From: Octopus vulgaris
Lineage: Eukaryota
Assembly: GCA_951406725.2 (NCBI GenBank)
Contig: OX597825.1
Coordinates: 63,984,001 to 64,048,000, forward strand
Direction of reading: 5' to 3'
Length of the DNA: 64,000 nt
Position numbers and translations under genes: made by a program. Below the pieces are notes generated by a model. The model was not told the DNA's origin and did not search any database. It saw nothing but the letters and a program-made list of their open reading frames with translations. Shown in pieces: positions 41,791-56,222 of this stretch (positions within the stretch are counted from its first letter, which is position 1; every line of letters begins with the position of its first letter).

Positions 41791-42063
41791 CAATATACTG
41801 CGTAATAAGATTATTTTGATAACACGCGTTTATATTCGTTGCCTATATACATCGGCTGAGAGTATGGCTGATTTCCACTAGCAGTATTGAAATGAGCTCT
41901 TTTGTTAGTGAGGGTAATCTCAAAGATATGCTTGCACCATTGTTTTCCTCTTCTTAAGTATGATTTCGTTTACTTTCCTGTAATTATGATATAGTTTATT
42001 GTATTATTTTTCTTACTACTAGGAATCTTAACTTTTTGATTGTTATTATTATTAGCATAATTA

Positions 42064-42500
42064 AGACGGTGAGCTGGCAGAATGATTTTCACGCTGGCAA
42101 AAAACGCTTAGCGGCAATTCGTCTGCCCTTACGTACTGAGTCGAATTTGCCTTCCATTCTTTCGGGTTCCATGAAATAAATCCCAGTTACATACTGGAGT
42201 CGATGATATCGACTAACCCTCTCTCTCAAAATTTCAGACCTTGTGCCTATGGTAGAAAAGATTATTATTACCATTGATAGTATTATAAGTACTTCGGATA
42301 GCAACAAGCTGACAGAAACGTGAGCTGACACAATCGCAAGCATCACCCGTCTCATGAGTACAGAATCCGTCGAATACGATATGCATCTCTTCCTTTCGGG
42401 GTCCATGAAATAACTATTATTTGCACACAGGGGTCGATTTACTCGTGGATGTTCCATTCTATCGAAATGTCAGGCCTCGTGCCTTCAGTAGAAAGCATTA
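42064..42500 (+). mobile_element. Two adjacent diverged SINE family B copies
   Basis: gacggtgagctggcagaat...ccttgtgcctatggtagaaaagattatt, followed by a second body ending ggcctcgtgccttcagtagaaagcatt. Confidence 0.65.
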
Positions 42501-42627
42501 TAGATTATCACTTTGTTGTATTACAGTGATTATAACCACTTTTAATGATGTTCACGAGTAATAATTAATAGCATTTGCGTTAATGAGTAGAATTTGCAGT
42601 GCCTTTTCATTCTGTGGAATGAAATTA

Positions 42628-42948
<321 letters not shown>

Positions 42949-43109
42949 GAGTGTGTGTATGTGTGTGTGTACGAGTAGGTAAACCAAAGAAAACGTACTC
43001 GACACATTTAGTAGGGGTTACACGTATTATTATTTAAAACAGTTTCATTCGGTACTTTGTGGGAGGAGGAGGAGGTGGTGGAGGAGAAAGATAGGGAGAG
43101 AGAGAGAGA

Positions 43110-43152
<43 letters not shown>

Positions 43153-43887
43153 GAAGAAAGATAAGGGGAGATAATCCCTGCTCTTTGCTCGAAGATTCTG
43201 GGATAGCCTGATGCGTATTAATCGTTCCAATACGGTTCTACACTTTCAAATTTATTGACGTAATTCTACACAGGATAGAACACTAATCAGCTTACATTTA
43301 TCTATCTAAATCTCTTGCGGTGTTTCAAATAAAATATGCCGAAATGGCTCCTTGCTGAACTAGCATGAATGCTGAAGTATGAAAAAAGTACAACAGAAAA
43401 TGAACAAGTCCGTGGCATACGCAAGGTTCACGAAGGTTAGAATATTTCTGCAATCATGTGAATTTGTAGATTACGTTAGATATACAAACTAGAGAAAGAA
43501 CCAGACAAGGCTTACACATTACAGTAATAATGTTTGATTTTTAAAATATTTTTGTACGATATTATTGAGGTTATATTCAGTCTGGAAGTAGCGTATACAC
43601 ATTTCTACTTGATCAATGCTTTCATAACGCGGTCATCTATATTATAATAGAGGTGTATTATAATAGTTGTATTTAACAATGGTTATATATCTGATTTTCT
43701 TTGTATCGTTGAGTTTTCTGTACGCTCTGTGTGAGTTATGTATAAATTGTTTCTGCTTTGTTGTAGAATTTATTCTGCTAAATTGTTTATATATAACGGA
43801 ATTTCCACACGTGTTTCTTTGATCCTAATAAAGAACGCATGAATAGTTTATGAATGTATACGCACACACAGGCATACGCACTTATAT

Positions 43888-43974
<87 letters not shown>

Positions 43975-44375
43975 TATACACATATGTACGTATGTATGTA
44001 TTTATATATATGAAAATAAATACTCACAAAGAGACACACATACTCAGAAATGTATATGTGTGGGTGGCTGTTAGTTTATGTGTATGTAAGCGTAAGGAAA
44101 GTATGTTTGGTATTCTTTGGGCGGGTATTATATATCTGAATATATAATATACTATTTCTACCTTTCGATGAATAAATTTCCGAGGAAATAATAATCCCAT
44201 TTTCCTACCATCCAAAATGTGCCTGAAAATAAATTAGTTCTATGAAGGTAGTTTACATCTCTGTTGCATAAGCACGTAATATCAACCGCTAAAGAACACA
44301 TATATGTATGTATGTATATATGTATGTATGAATGTATGTATGTATATAAATAAATATATATATATAAATACACAC

Positions 44376-44421
<46 letters not shown>

Positions 44422-44729
44422 ACACACGTATATATATATATATATGTAAACATATATTTAATTATTTCTATTTGAAGAATAGTGTCTCCCCTTCAACATA
44501 TATAAAGATTTCTCAATATGTACACTAGACACCAAAGATTTCCTGCAGAAGGTCTCCTAAATCCGAAATATTGAAATAGAAGGTAAAATTCCAAGCCATT
44601 CTTTAATATTATTTCTTATAACAAGCATTGTTTTGGTTTAGATATGAAAGAAAACTTACATGGCAGATATTAACCATTCCATCCGTTCGTAATATCTATT
44701 CCTCTCCCTCTTTTTTCAACCAACTCTAC

Positions 44730-45127
44730 TTCTCTTCTTCCTCTTCTTCCTCTTTTTCTTTTTCTTCTTCCTTTCTTCTTCTTCTCCGCCTCCTCCTCCT
44801 TCTTCTTCTTCTACTTCTTCTTCTTCTTCTTCTCCGCCTTCTTCTTCCCCTTCTGCTTCTTCTTCTCCGCCTCCTCCTCCTCATTCTTCTTCTTCTTCCT
44901 CTTCTTTTACTTCTTCCCCTCTTCTTTTTCTTCCTCTTCTTTTTCTTCTTCCCCTTCTTCTTTTCCTTCCTCTTCTTTTTCTTCTTCCCCTTCTTCTTCT
45001 TCTTCTTCTTCTTCTTCTTCTTCTTCTTCTTCTTCTCCTTCTTCTTCTTCTTCTTCTTCGTCTCCTTCTCCTCCACCTCCTCCTCCTCCACCTTCTCCTC
45101 GTTCTCCTCTTTCTTCTTCGTCTTCTT
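44730..45127. repeat. Polypyrimidine (CTT/CCT)n tract
   Basis: Direct inspection. It produces spurious K/E/R-rich ORFs. Confidence 0.95.
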
Positions 45128-45644
45128 GCCTTTCTGCGCTTGGCATCCTAGATTGTTGTCAGACACTCGCAACCCTCTACCAATAGGGGAATAGTATCGG
45201 CGGAACTCCAGTATACCAATACATAGATCATTTTTGGCGGGGAAGTTCGACAACGTTTTCGGGAAAGCTTTGTGCGTCGATGTAAACGAACTCGCTCATT
45301 TGTTCCGGAAGACTTTCCGTTCTCTACTACTATGGATAACATCCAGACGTCCTTGGCATGGAGGTGCTGCTGAGGGATGCAACCAATTTGAGATAAACTT
45401 TACCGTTCATTCCATCTTGGTTAATAATTTTTTTATATAATTTCTGTATACACTAACGGATTTCCACATGTATATCCAGCAAAAGAGTGTTCTTGTTGTG
45501 TAATGGATATGGTACCTGATAACCGTATAAAAGCTTTGAAATACACGTGATGACGTTATTTCCCAGATGATATTCCTTAAATCCTTAAAAATGTTTTAGC
45601 CCGAAGGCCGCGGCCATGCTGGGGCACCACCGCTGATTTAACCG

Positions 45645-45747
45645 AATGCTTACAGCACCTAGGTTTCCCAAGCGGTCACCCATCTAAGTACTAACTAGGC
45701 TCGATGTTGCTTAACTTCGGTGATTGGACGAGAACCGGTGCTTTCAA
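45645..45747 (-). pseudogene. 5'-truncated 5S rRNA copy fused to a retroelement-type 3' tail (45575-45644)
   Basis: Minus strand TTGAAAGCACCGGTTCTCGTCCAATCACCGAAGTTAAGCAACATCGAGCCTAGTTAGTACTTAGATGGGTGACCGCTTGGGAAACCTAGGTGCTGTAAGCATT corresponds to 5S nt ~19-120, including the A and C boxes. It lacks a T-run terminator. Confidence 0.92.
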
Positions 45748-46325
45748 GGCGGCAAGCTGGCAGAATCGGTAGCACGCCCGGCGAAACGCTTAGCGGTATT
45801 TCGACTGCCGCTACGATCTGAGTTCAAATTCCGCCGAAGTCGACTTTGCCTTTCATTCTTTCGGGGTCGAGAAATTAAGTACCAGTTACGCACTGGGGTC
45901 GATATAATCGACTTCATTTGTTTGTCTGTACTTGTTTATCCTCTCTGTGTTTAGCCCCTTGTGGGTAGTAAAGAAACAGGTATTTAGCCTTTCTTTATGT
46001 TCTGAGTTCAAATTTCGCCGAGGTCGACTTTGCCTTTCATCCTTTCGGGGTCGATAAATTAAGTACCAGTTACGCACTGGGGTCGATGTAATCGACTTAA
46101 TCCGACTGTCTGTTTTTGTTTGTCTCCTGTGTTTAGCCCCTTGTGGGTAGTAAAGAAATAGGTATTTAGCCTGTCTTTATGTTCTGAGTTTAAATTCTGC
46201 CGAAGTCGACTTTGCCTTTCATCTTTTCGGGGTCGATAAATTAAGTACCAGTTGTATACCGGGATCGATCTAATCGAATGGACCCCTTCCCCAAAATTTC
46301 GAACCTTGTGCCTAGAGTATACAAG
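45748..46325 (+). mobile_element. SINE family B with internally triplicated body
   Basis: One head, then three units of ggtattt.g.ctg...tctgagttcaaatt...gtcgactttgcctttcat...gggtcgat at about 180-bp period. The last unit ends ccttgtgcctagagta. Confidence 0.9.
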
Positions 46326-46375
46326 GATATTATATATAAACACACACACATATGTATAGATGTATACACATATAT

Positions 46376-47010
46376 ATGACCTGGAAACAATGCAGCAATG
46401 GATTTCTGACTGGAAACTCAAGCTAACTGTAGACAAGAGGGTAAATCCAGCCTTTAAATACTTTCTCAACAAGACCAATCTCAAGAAGTGTACGATTGAA
46501 CGAGATCTAGGTGTTATTGTAAACAGCTATCTGCGTTGGGACAAACCACATCTTTAAGATTGTCAAAAACCTGAAGGCGTCCTAGTATCACTCTGTAATG
46601 CCTTTTTAAGTCACTATCAGCTATCTATTTAAATGGTACGTCCGCACTTAGAAGTTGTATCACTAGTCTGGTACGCCTGGAAAATGTTCAGAAACAAGCA
46701 ACAAAACGAATACCCGTAATCAGGCATCTGCCATGCTCTGAAAACCTTGCTTCCTTGGGTATGGAGACATTGAAGCTCAGATGTTAGGCAATTGACTTAC
46801 TAGACAACCATATTATCCACTAATTTTCCAAACATTTTGAATTCCACATGACAATCGCACATGGACATGCCTACAAAATCAAAAAATAATACGGCACCCA
46901 TGACTTTCAGAAACATTTTTTCACGCTCAGAATTGTTGAAGCGTGGAATAAATAACCGACATCAAGCTATAGCTGTCAAAATACTACATCCTTCAGACCT
47001 TCCATGCTTT
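46376..47010 (+). mobile_element. Decayed CR1-group LINE, RT C-terminal region
   Basis: DLETMQQWISDWKLKL, ERDLGVIVNSYLRW, LENVQKQATKRIPVIRHLP..ENLASLGMETLKLR, HGHAYKI and RIVEAWN in mixed frames. Confidence 0.85.
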
Positions 47011-47410
47011 CTGAAACCCGTGAACAGTAGATCTGATGGCTATTTTCTTTTTTTTCTATTAGTTGTAATGTCCCTGAGTACTGTCTACAATAATTTCTTT
47101 CATACTTTGTGCGTGTATATTTGTGCATGTGTTTGTGTGTGTGTGTGGTGTGTCTGTTTGTGTGTGTACGTGTGCCTAGGCAAAATCATTCAGATGCAAG
47201 CTTGAACTAAGAGTATGAAGACAAAGAGTTATACAAAACAACAATTTACAAATGTATGAATTGCTTCTTTGTTTAATGATATAGCAAATTTCTGTCTTTT
47301 ATTTCAAAACTTGCATTGTAATGATTTTCTGAAGCAGACTGAAGAACTCTATCTGACAATGGTTCATTTAAAGTACACCATATATATGTGTGTGTTTGTG
47401 TGCGTGTGTG

Positions 47411-47513
<103 letters not shown>

Positions 47514-47534
47514 TATTTATATATATATATATAA

Positions 47535-47574
<40 letters not shown>

Positions 47575-48432
47575 GTATATATTTATATATATACATATAT
47601 ATATATATATAAGTATATATATATCCACACATACACATGTAAACGAATATGCCTATAGACACACACACAGACAGACATATGTATATATATATTGATCGTA
47701 TATATGTATATATACACGTACGTACATAACGCGCAACTAATGCTCTAATAAGTATGAAATAATATTTCTTCCTTTCTTCCTCTTATGTGAATTGGGGGAG
47801 ACTTTTCTTTTATTTCAAATAGTTCTATCTGGGGAACTATACATATAACAACATGGTACAAATTCCAAATATACGATCAAAGCAGCATTTCATTGTTGCT
47901 TAGTACTTGATTATCCGCACGAATAGGCATAAACACAACCAGCTTAATATAAGCTCTCCATATGATTACCAATGTACAGCTGATATCTTACATATATCGT
48001 CGAAAAGTGCTGAATCGTCTGAAGCATTTGAATTCGGACAATGAGCAGATATATTTCGACTCATGCGTACACATACATGTACCACACTTCTTTCTTGTTC
48101 ACATACATATACACACACATATATATATATCCAGATAATTGTATAAGTATTTGATATGTGCACTTTTAAATGTCTATAGTAAGTGAATGTAAAATTGAAT
48201 AGAACTATCTAACTGTGCACATCCGTGTGTACGCATACGTAGATACGTATACACAGACACACGCAAACATACACACACACACATATATTTACACCAGCGT
48301 AATTGCATAATAAAATTTTGTGTATGTATTAACTTTACTTAGGCCTACAGATATAGACGAACACAGACACATGCCCACATATATGAGTGTGTACACGCAC
48401 ACACACACACACTCCCTCACACACGCACACAC

Positions 48433-48481
<49 letters not shown>

Positions 48482-48513
48482 TATATACATATCTATTTGT
48501 TTATTTATAAACG

Positions 48514-48545
<32 letters not shown>

Positions 48546-48959
48546 TATGTGAGGCATGCATGTGTATACATGGTTCTATATATATATATAGGTAGAGAAC
48601 TATCTAGAAGCAGTTGTATATTACATACCTGTGCATAACCACTATACGAATGTTCTAGTATGTAACCAGAGACTGGCCGCTCTATTCAGCCTCGTCTGAA
48701 GTTGAATATTAAATAACCACATTTTCTACCCTGATATTAATGCCATTTTCTACCCTGATATTGATGCCATTCAGCATTGTTTTAATTCTAAGAGATATAT
48801 TTCCCGTTTCTTTATAAAATGAAAATGAGAATATTGATGTATCAATGACGTTCTTCTTATTCGCATCGACCAGGTTTTGAAATGGTACGTATTTTGTCAA
48901 CGTCAAAAGAAAAGAATTCTTGATGTTTTCTTTCGCTCTCATTATCCCAGCTATTTCTT

Positions 48960-49182
48960 CAGTAATCCCACGACTATCGCGGGCTTTACGTTCCAAAACC
49001 CTCCGCGATATGTGAAAATCTGCGAAGTAGAAACAGTACTGCACTGTATATTTCTTTTTATTAATTTTATAATTTGTATATATTCATTTCATTATCATTG
49101 CCAAAGTACACCAAGGAGGAATCTACGTAAGCTTAAATAATAAACCGCGATAGGTGAACCACAATATAGCGCGGGGTTACTG
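48960..49182. mobile_element. pogo/Tigger-like MITE
   Basis: TIRs cagtaatcccacgactatcgcgg / ccacaatatagcgcggggttactg followed by TA, with subterminal ccgcgata.gtgaa repeats. Confidence 0.75.
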
Positions 49183-49820
49183 TACACGCAACCCTAGCAC
49201 TAATCACTCTCAAATACTTCCCACATATTTGACTATGTCAACATCATGCACAAACACTTCGAATTACTTTAAATGTACACAAGGTCTTAGACGCAAGGTT
49301 ATTCTCAGTTCAACTATACTTGAGACATTTCGAACTCGTCATAAAGCCATTCTCAGGGTGCCCTGCCTGTTCGGTTTCTGTGACTGAAGAGGCGAGAACC
49401 ACTCGGTAAAGCTTGGATCTCTCAGTCTGGACAGGTTAGCGTTGGGAGGTGGTTTTGGTGTATTTAGACCAATTTGTCTATAGCGAGAAACACAGTGAAT
49501 GGCTTTTATGCGGGTCGAACCTCCCCCAATCATGTACAAAGACCTTTGTACATGTGATATTTTGCTGTTTTCCCTCCATATCTACGTGAGTTATTTTTGA
49601 GTAAATACTATCTGGGAGACTTTTCTTAAAGTAGTGAAAATGGCTAAAAAAACTTTTTGGCTGCTATTTCTAAAAATTTCAGTATGTGGCAAAGTAAATT
49701 ATTTTACTGAGCCCTAATTATATAACGTAATATTTTGAATACGCCTTGAATGGTTCTTTTACATACTGAACACTACTTGGTGAAATTAATTAATAACTAA
49801 TTGATTTTACCCTTAATTAT

Positions 49821-49909
<89 letters not shown>

Positions 49910-50325
49910 GTAGATGCATTTCTTATACTATCCGTATTATTATTACATGTATATTTATATAGATTCCTTCATAGCTTAGGCCTGCTTCCCAAAATTTAAA
50001 ATATTCCTCTACCATAAATTATTTTAATATATTTATGCGCACAAGAATACACAGGGAAGAATATGTACACGGATGCACATCCACACCCTCACACTTCTTC
50101 TTACATACATACGCACATACGTTTCTCTCTCTCTCTCTCTCTCCCTCTCTGTTCGTTCACACACACATACAAACATATATATATTTACATATGTATACAT
50201 ACACACACACATATGCCTCGGTATAAACCGATTTGCAATGCATTAAAATTACTACGTTTATTATTAAGGCTAGAGTTGTTAAGTGAGAATATTGATGCAT
50301 CAATGACTTATTCTTGACTATATAT

Positions 50326-50478
50326 GTGCACAGGTGTGGCTGTGTGGCAAGAAACTTGCTTCCCAACCACATGGTTCCGGGTTCAGTACTATTGCGTGAA
50401 GTCTCTTCTACTATAGCCTCGAGCCGACCAAAGATTTGTAAGAAAATTTGGTAAACGGAAGCTGAAAGAAGCCCGTCC

Positions 50479-50555
<77 letters not shown>

Positions 50556-50760
50556 GTGTGTCCGTGTGTCTGTGTTTTCCCCCATGACCCATTACCGCTT
50601 GACAACCACTGTTGGTTTATTTATGTCCACGTAACCTAGCAGTTCGTCAAAAGAGCCGACATAATACATACCAGGCTTGAAAAATAAGTACTGGGATCGA
50701 TTCATTGGACTAAAACTTCAAGGAGGTGCCCCAGCATGACCGCAAACTAATGACTGAAAA
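50326..50760 (+). mobile_element. SINE family A
   Basis: Head gtggctgtgtgg.aag..cttgcttcccaaccacatggttccgggttcagt, internal (TG)n, tail ggtgccccagcatgaccgc. Confidence 0.88.
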
Positions 50761-50956
50761 AAACATTCACACAAACATACCCACACACACACACAAACAC
50801 ACCCACCCACAAACACACACATATACGCAAGCACGAACACTCACACACACAGACTGACAGAGACACACACATACAAATAATCCCGTAATTCCTATAACTG
50901 TGTTTGTATATGTCTGCGTGTGTGATACTTCAGTGCTGTATATCTATTAGTTGAGT

Positions 50957-51014
<58 letters not shown>

Positions 51015-51333
51015 GTGTGTGTGTGTGTGTCTGTGTCTGTGTGTGTCTGTGTGTGTATTTATGTGTGTATGTATGTATATATATATATGTGTGTGCTGGA
51101 ATCAGAAAATATCTTTGATGTTTACGTGTAATATCCAAGATTTCAGTGAACGTACATCAACTATGCTATACTTAGTACTCTGTATAGTTTACTTCTAATA
51201 CACATTTTTCTGTGATGTACTAGAAATATGTTTGTCATCTGTACATAAGTGTGTGTAGATGTGAATATGCATGCATAATATATGTATGTAAATGTCTTTT
51301 CCTTATAAATATAAGCATATATATATAAGCATA

Positions 51334-51467
<134 letters not shown>

Positions 51468-52195
51468 CATATATATATATATATGCATTTTCCTTTTAAA
51501 TATAAGCATACGTATATACACACATATTCATAAATACAGTAAGCATATACGTATATATATTATATGCAGATAGGTAGAAGCAGGCACATCTGATAGTGTG
51601 GACATATACTTACGTACTTGTACATGAAAGACCATGTCTGTAAACATTGTCTCAGATAATGTCTAAACACACGACTAATATTTAAATTAAGTGAGTCATG
51701 AAAGCGTGAAGGAATTGAGATTCAGACTGGAAAATATCAACAACACACAGAGAGAGACAAGTCTGTGAAGTTTATATCTAAGATTATTAATCGTTTTGTA
51801 GCACAAGACAGTAGAATATCTAATATTGCAGTGCACCAGAATAAATGTGTTACAATTTATAATTTTACCCTTGAATGCCAGACCGAATTTAAAAAAACTG
51901 AGCTGTTGATTTCTTTTCATCCACTTAATAACAATGTCCAGGAGCAAACGTATAACGCTGGCCAATTTACTTGGATGCTTATATGTCGTTCATATAAATA
52001 TGTGGTTTGTAGTCAATGTAACATGTTATTATTTAAATTTATGATCGGTTAACTGGGTGCAGTGTTCAGACTTTTGACTAATAAAAAGTTTGCGTATTCC
52101 GGTAACGATTTGAATATTTTTCCTTTTTAGCTTCAACGTTATATTACTTGACTTTGATTATCAACGACTTGCTATGATGTCTGTAAATGAAAAGG

Positions 52196-52239
<44 letters not shown>

Positions 52240-52674
52240 TGTTACGCTAACAAACGGCGCACAGTGCGACTCGAATCAGATATAGGAAACTAATTCAAGT
52301 CGTTGTTTGTGTATTTGCATAAGTGGAGTTTGAACCGGTTAGTTTGTACTGGGATTAAGTCGTATTATTTTTTTACTTGTTTCAGTCATATGACTGCGGC
52401 CATGCTGGAGAAAACATAGTGGTATTTTGAAACTTGTTAATGCGTATGGTTCGTGTTTGCGTAATACGTAATAGGAAATCTATCTATTACGTAAACTTTT
52501 GTGTTTTAAATAATTTCAGAAGAAAGTTCTGAAATGCTTTAACTGAGGAAGATTTGCGTAATGGATGCATTTCTTGTTATTATATTACGTAAAACTGAAC
52601 TGCTCGTATTAAATGATTTCCAAATGTCCTTGCTACTAGAGACACAAATCCCTAAATTTTGGTTGAAGAATTCG

Positions 52675-52745
52675 ACATGGACACAGAAATCAGCGAATTA
52701 GACCATAATTGCCAATACAAATATCTAGGAATAGACGAAAAAGCT
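52675..52745 (+). mobile_element. Tiny R2-group RT remnant
   Basis: EISELDHNCQYKYLGIDE contains the YKYLG RT motif. The match is very short. Confidence 0.45.
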
Positions 52746-52959
52746 ATAATAATAGCGATAAACACCTTCTTACTGATAGATACTGCAGTCACTTCTGACG
52801 AAAATATTGCACAAAATGACAAAATAAATTTTCAAAGAGACCAGTAATAATTGGGGCATTGTGTATGATAAAAAAATAATATGAACAAAAACGTAGAAGT
52901 TATACCTTTAAGTTATACCTCTAAAATAATATCCTATCCAAAAGATAATTCTGCTAGGA

Positions 52960-53338
52960 TTAAGCACGTCGAGCGAAATGCTTAGCGGTATTTCGTCTGT
53001 CTTTACGTTCTTAGTTCAAATTCCGCCGAGGTCGACTTTGCCTTTCATCCTTTTGGGGTCGATAAATTAAGTACCAGTTACGCACTAGGGTCGATATAAT
53101 CGACTTAATCCGTTTGTCTGTCATTGTTTGTCCTCCCTGTGTTTAGCCCCTTGTGGATCGTAAAAAATAGGTATTTCGTCTGCCGCTACGTACTGAGTTC
53201 AAATTCTGCCGAGGTCGACTTTGCTTTTCATCCTTTCGGTATCAATAAATTAAGTAACAGTTACGTACTGGAGTCGACCTAATCGACTGGCTCCTTTCCC
53301 CCAAATTTCGGGCTTTATGCCTAGATTAGAAACATTAT
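52960..53338 (+). mobile_element. SINE family B with duplicated body
   Basis: Two units of ggtatttcgtctg...gttcaaattc.gccgaggtcgactttgc.tttcatcc. Confidence 0.9.
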
Positions 53339-53359
53339 TTTCAAGTTAAGGAATACTGG

Positions 53360-53506
53360 CACTAGCATAGCTATAAATGGCGGAGAGAGCAGTCCGTCGC
53401 GGGTGGCACTTTTATGGGAGTAGCACTACTTTTGAGTCTGCTGTAAGCAATATATATATATATATATATTGGGTGGGGTGGAGCACATACACTAGCTACA
53501 CTAGTG
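53360..53506. mobile_element. Short MITE-like element
   Basis: Terminal inverted repeats cactagcatagcta / tagctacactagtg (12/14 match). No clear TSD. Confidence 0.45.
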
Positions 53507-54279
53507 AACACAGTAATTGTAAAATTGATATTTGAATATTTATATATTATCTGAATCAATAATATTGCAACTATACAACAATATTTCGTGATGCAATTTC
53601 CTCTTTTATAAAATAATATAGAAACGGTATATCTCTTGAGACCGTACAGTTATTTTAAGGCATAAAGCAATAACTTTGATATTATCTGTGCAATTTACAC
53701 GTAAATGCGCTCAAAGTTGACTCGGCAGTAAATAAACGCATTAAATAAATGAAGTAAAATACACCCTGATTTTTAAGCATACTGTATAATTATTCTCTAT
53801 AATATAGAGAGAAGGCCTGAAACTAGTGTAAGTTTATAATACTTTACATCCCTTCCAGTAGTGAACAGGTACGTTGTTTTCTCTCTGGAAAGGAAGAAAG
53901 GTGAAGTCAACCTATATGATAATAAAATGCGGTAACATTTTTTTCCATTCGAATCTTGAATATAGTAGTTTGAAACTTGGAGATATGCAACTGGGTTTTA
54001 AAAATGGTCTTGAATATAGAAAATATTACAATAAGGAAAAGAGTAGGAAATATATGTATGTTTTATACTAGAAAAAATGGAAGTGAAGTAGAAAAGTATT
54101 TAGCACATTTTCGGTGGAGCTGAAGATGTGTAACTATTAGCACACACCTAGCAAACGTAACGTATAATGCTATATACATATACGTGTGTGTGTGTGTGTG
54201 TATGTTTGTGTGTGTGTTTTTATACATACATAGATGCACAAACACAAGCGTATACATACATACATACTTCAAAATACAT

Positions 54280-54690
54280 GCGCAGGAGTCGCAGTGTGGT
54301 AAGTAGCTGGCTTACCAAACACATGGTTCCGAGTTCATTCCCACTGTGTGGCAACTTGGGCAAGTGTCTTCTACTATTGCGTCGGGCCGACCAGTCTTGT
54401 GAGGGGATTTGGTAGGCGGAAACTGAAAGATACCCATCGTATATATGTATATGTGTGTGTGAATATACGTGTGTATATGTTTGTGTTTCTGTATCCCCCC
54501 TCAACATAGCTTGATAACTGATGGTGGTGTGATAACGTCCCCGTAACATAGCGGTTCGACAAAAAAGACCGATAGAATAAGTACTAGGCTTACAAAGAAT
54601 AAGTCCCGGGGTCGATTTGCTCCACTAAAAGGAGTGTTCCAGCATGGCCGAAGTCAAATGACTGAAACAAGTAAAAGAGAAAGAGAAATA
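54280..54690 (+). mobile_element. SINE family A, full length
   Basis: Head, CORE-like segment, microsatellite and tail are all present. Confidence 0.92.
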
Positions 54691-54814
54691 GAATACAGTA
54701 GTCAAATTTATGACGAGAATTGACCTTTTAAATGAGGCAGAGATAGCGAGAAAGAGGAAGGGGGTAGGGAGACCAGCGGTTAGAGTGAAAGAGAAATAGG
54801 GAGAAGGAGGAGCT

Positions 54815-54865
<51 letters not shown>

Positions 54866-56222
54866 GAGGTAGTGAGAGAGAGAATGAAAGAGAGACAGGA
54901 AGAGGGAAAACGAAGAATCCTTAATGGAAATTATACCTACGTTGCTATGGAAATTATCTGGTTTTCCTAAGGCATTGAATATTGTAAATGGTACGTTGAG
55001 ATGTCTCATTTCATATTTCATTGTTGTCATGTGGATATTGAACTGGAAAAGCATTACTCCCACTTATTACATCATAGATAAGTGTTTACCTTTTGTAACA
55101 TATTGCATTTTTTATTGTACGCATCTAATAAGCTTGTACGGTCAAATAATGACATATATAATATCTACATTTATCATCCATTCCAAACATAATTTCATAG
55201 CAACACCCATAAACATCTCTTTGTCTTATCACGTATCAAATATTGTTTTGCGAACATTTCTCATTTATTATACCATCATTCTTTCACCTCAATTTTAGAT
55301 CCAATTCTAGTATATATTCACATAATATAACTAAATAGTCACTAAGAGTTATAACATACGTTCAGAAAGAATCTAAAGCGCTCCAACCTGGGACCTTTAG
55401 TTGTTTAATTCACCGGTATGTTATGTCAATTTCATATGATTTAAATTATTAGATATATTTGAAAAGAAACAAGTATTCATTTCTGAAATTGGTATATATC
55501 TCGATTCATTTATTTTGTAAAAAGAGAATTATGAGGAATAATGTATATCACACACACTGAGTCATAAGTTACAACTTTTAAATAAAAAGTTTTTAAAATA
55601 TATCATCAAATTGGAGAAAATATTTTATTTTCCCTCGATAGATTTCTACAAAGGCTAATTCTGGCAAATCTACAAATACATTGTACAGAAACTTCAATAT
55701 TTCTCTTTTTCCTTGGCATTCCTTAAGAATATAGCTCCTTTGCTAAATCATCTATGCCTGTTTTTCTTATTCATTCTTATAGGAATCTATTTTCCACGTG
55801 ATTTTCTTTTCAAGATTAATTTTTTATGTGTATTTGAAAATGTTCTGAATTTAACTTGTATCTTAAGTCGTAGTGACATTTTTATTAGATACCTATAAAT
55901 ATTCAAACAACTCTTGACTTTATTCTACACTCAAATGAATAGAAGAAACAATGATTTTCAAAGAAAACCATTTAACCATAACTTGAATATCGAATCAAAG
56001 AAAAAGTTATGACACCAATTCTTTTATTAATTGAGTAACGTTTTTAATAATTCTTTTCAAAAGCAGAATTGCAATAACATGAAATTTAAGGAAGAGCTAG
56101 CTAATAAATTTAGTGAGTTGAGTGACTGTCCACAAGCTACATTTTTGACTCGTTTTAAATTCTTAACAACTACTATACGATAAAGATCAAATTTGATGAA
56201 TCAAACTTGCTTTTATACAGTA

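Noticed and set aside
44628-45253. Long Leu/Phe-rich and Lys/Arg/Glu-rich ORFs
   Set aside because: Products of the (CTT)n tract.
45645-45747. Functional 5S rRNA gene
   Set aside because: Lacks the first ~18 nt and a terminator, is a single copy, and is fused to a retroposon tail.
48720-48771. 24-bp tandem duplication (CRISPR-like or minisatellite)
   Set aside because: Only about two adjacent units with no spacers, so a simple slippage duplication.
49531-49554. 11-bp palindrome CATGTACAAAG-AC-CTTTGTACATG
   Set aside because: Short and isolated, with no supporting context.
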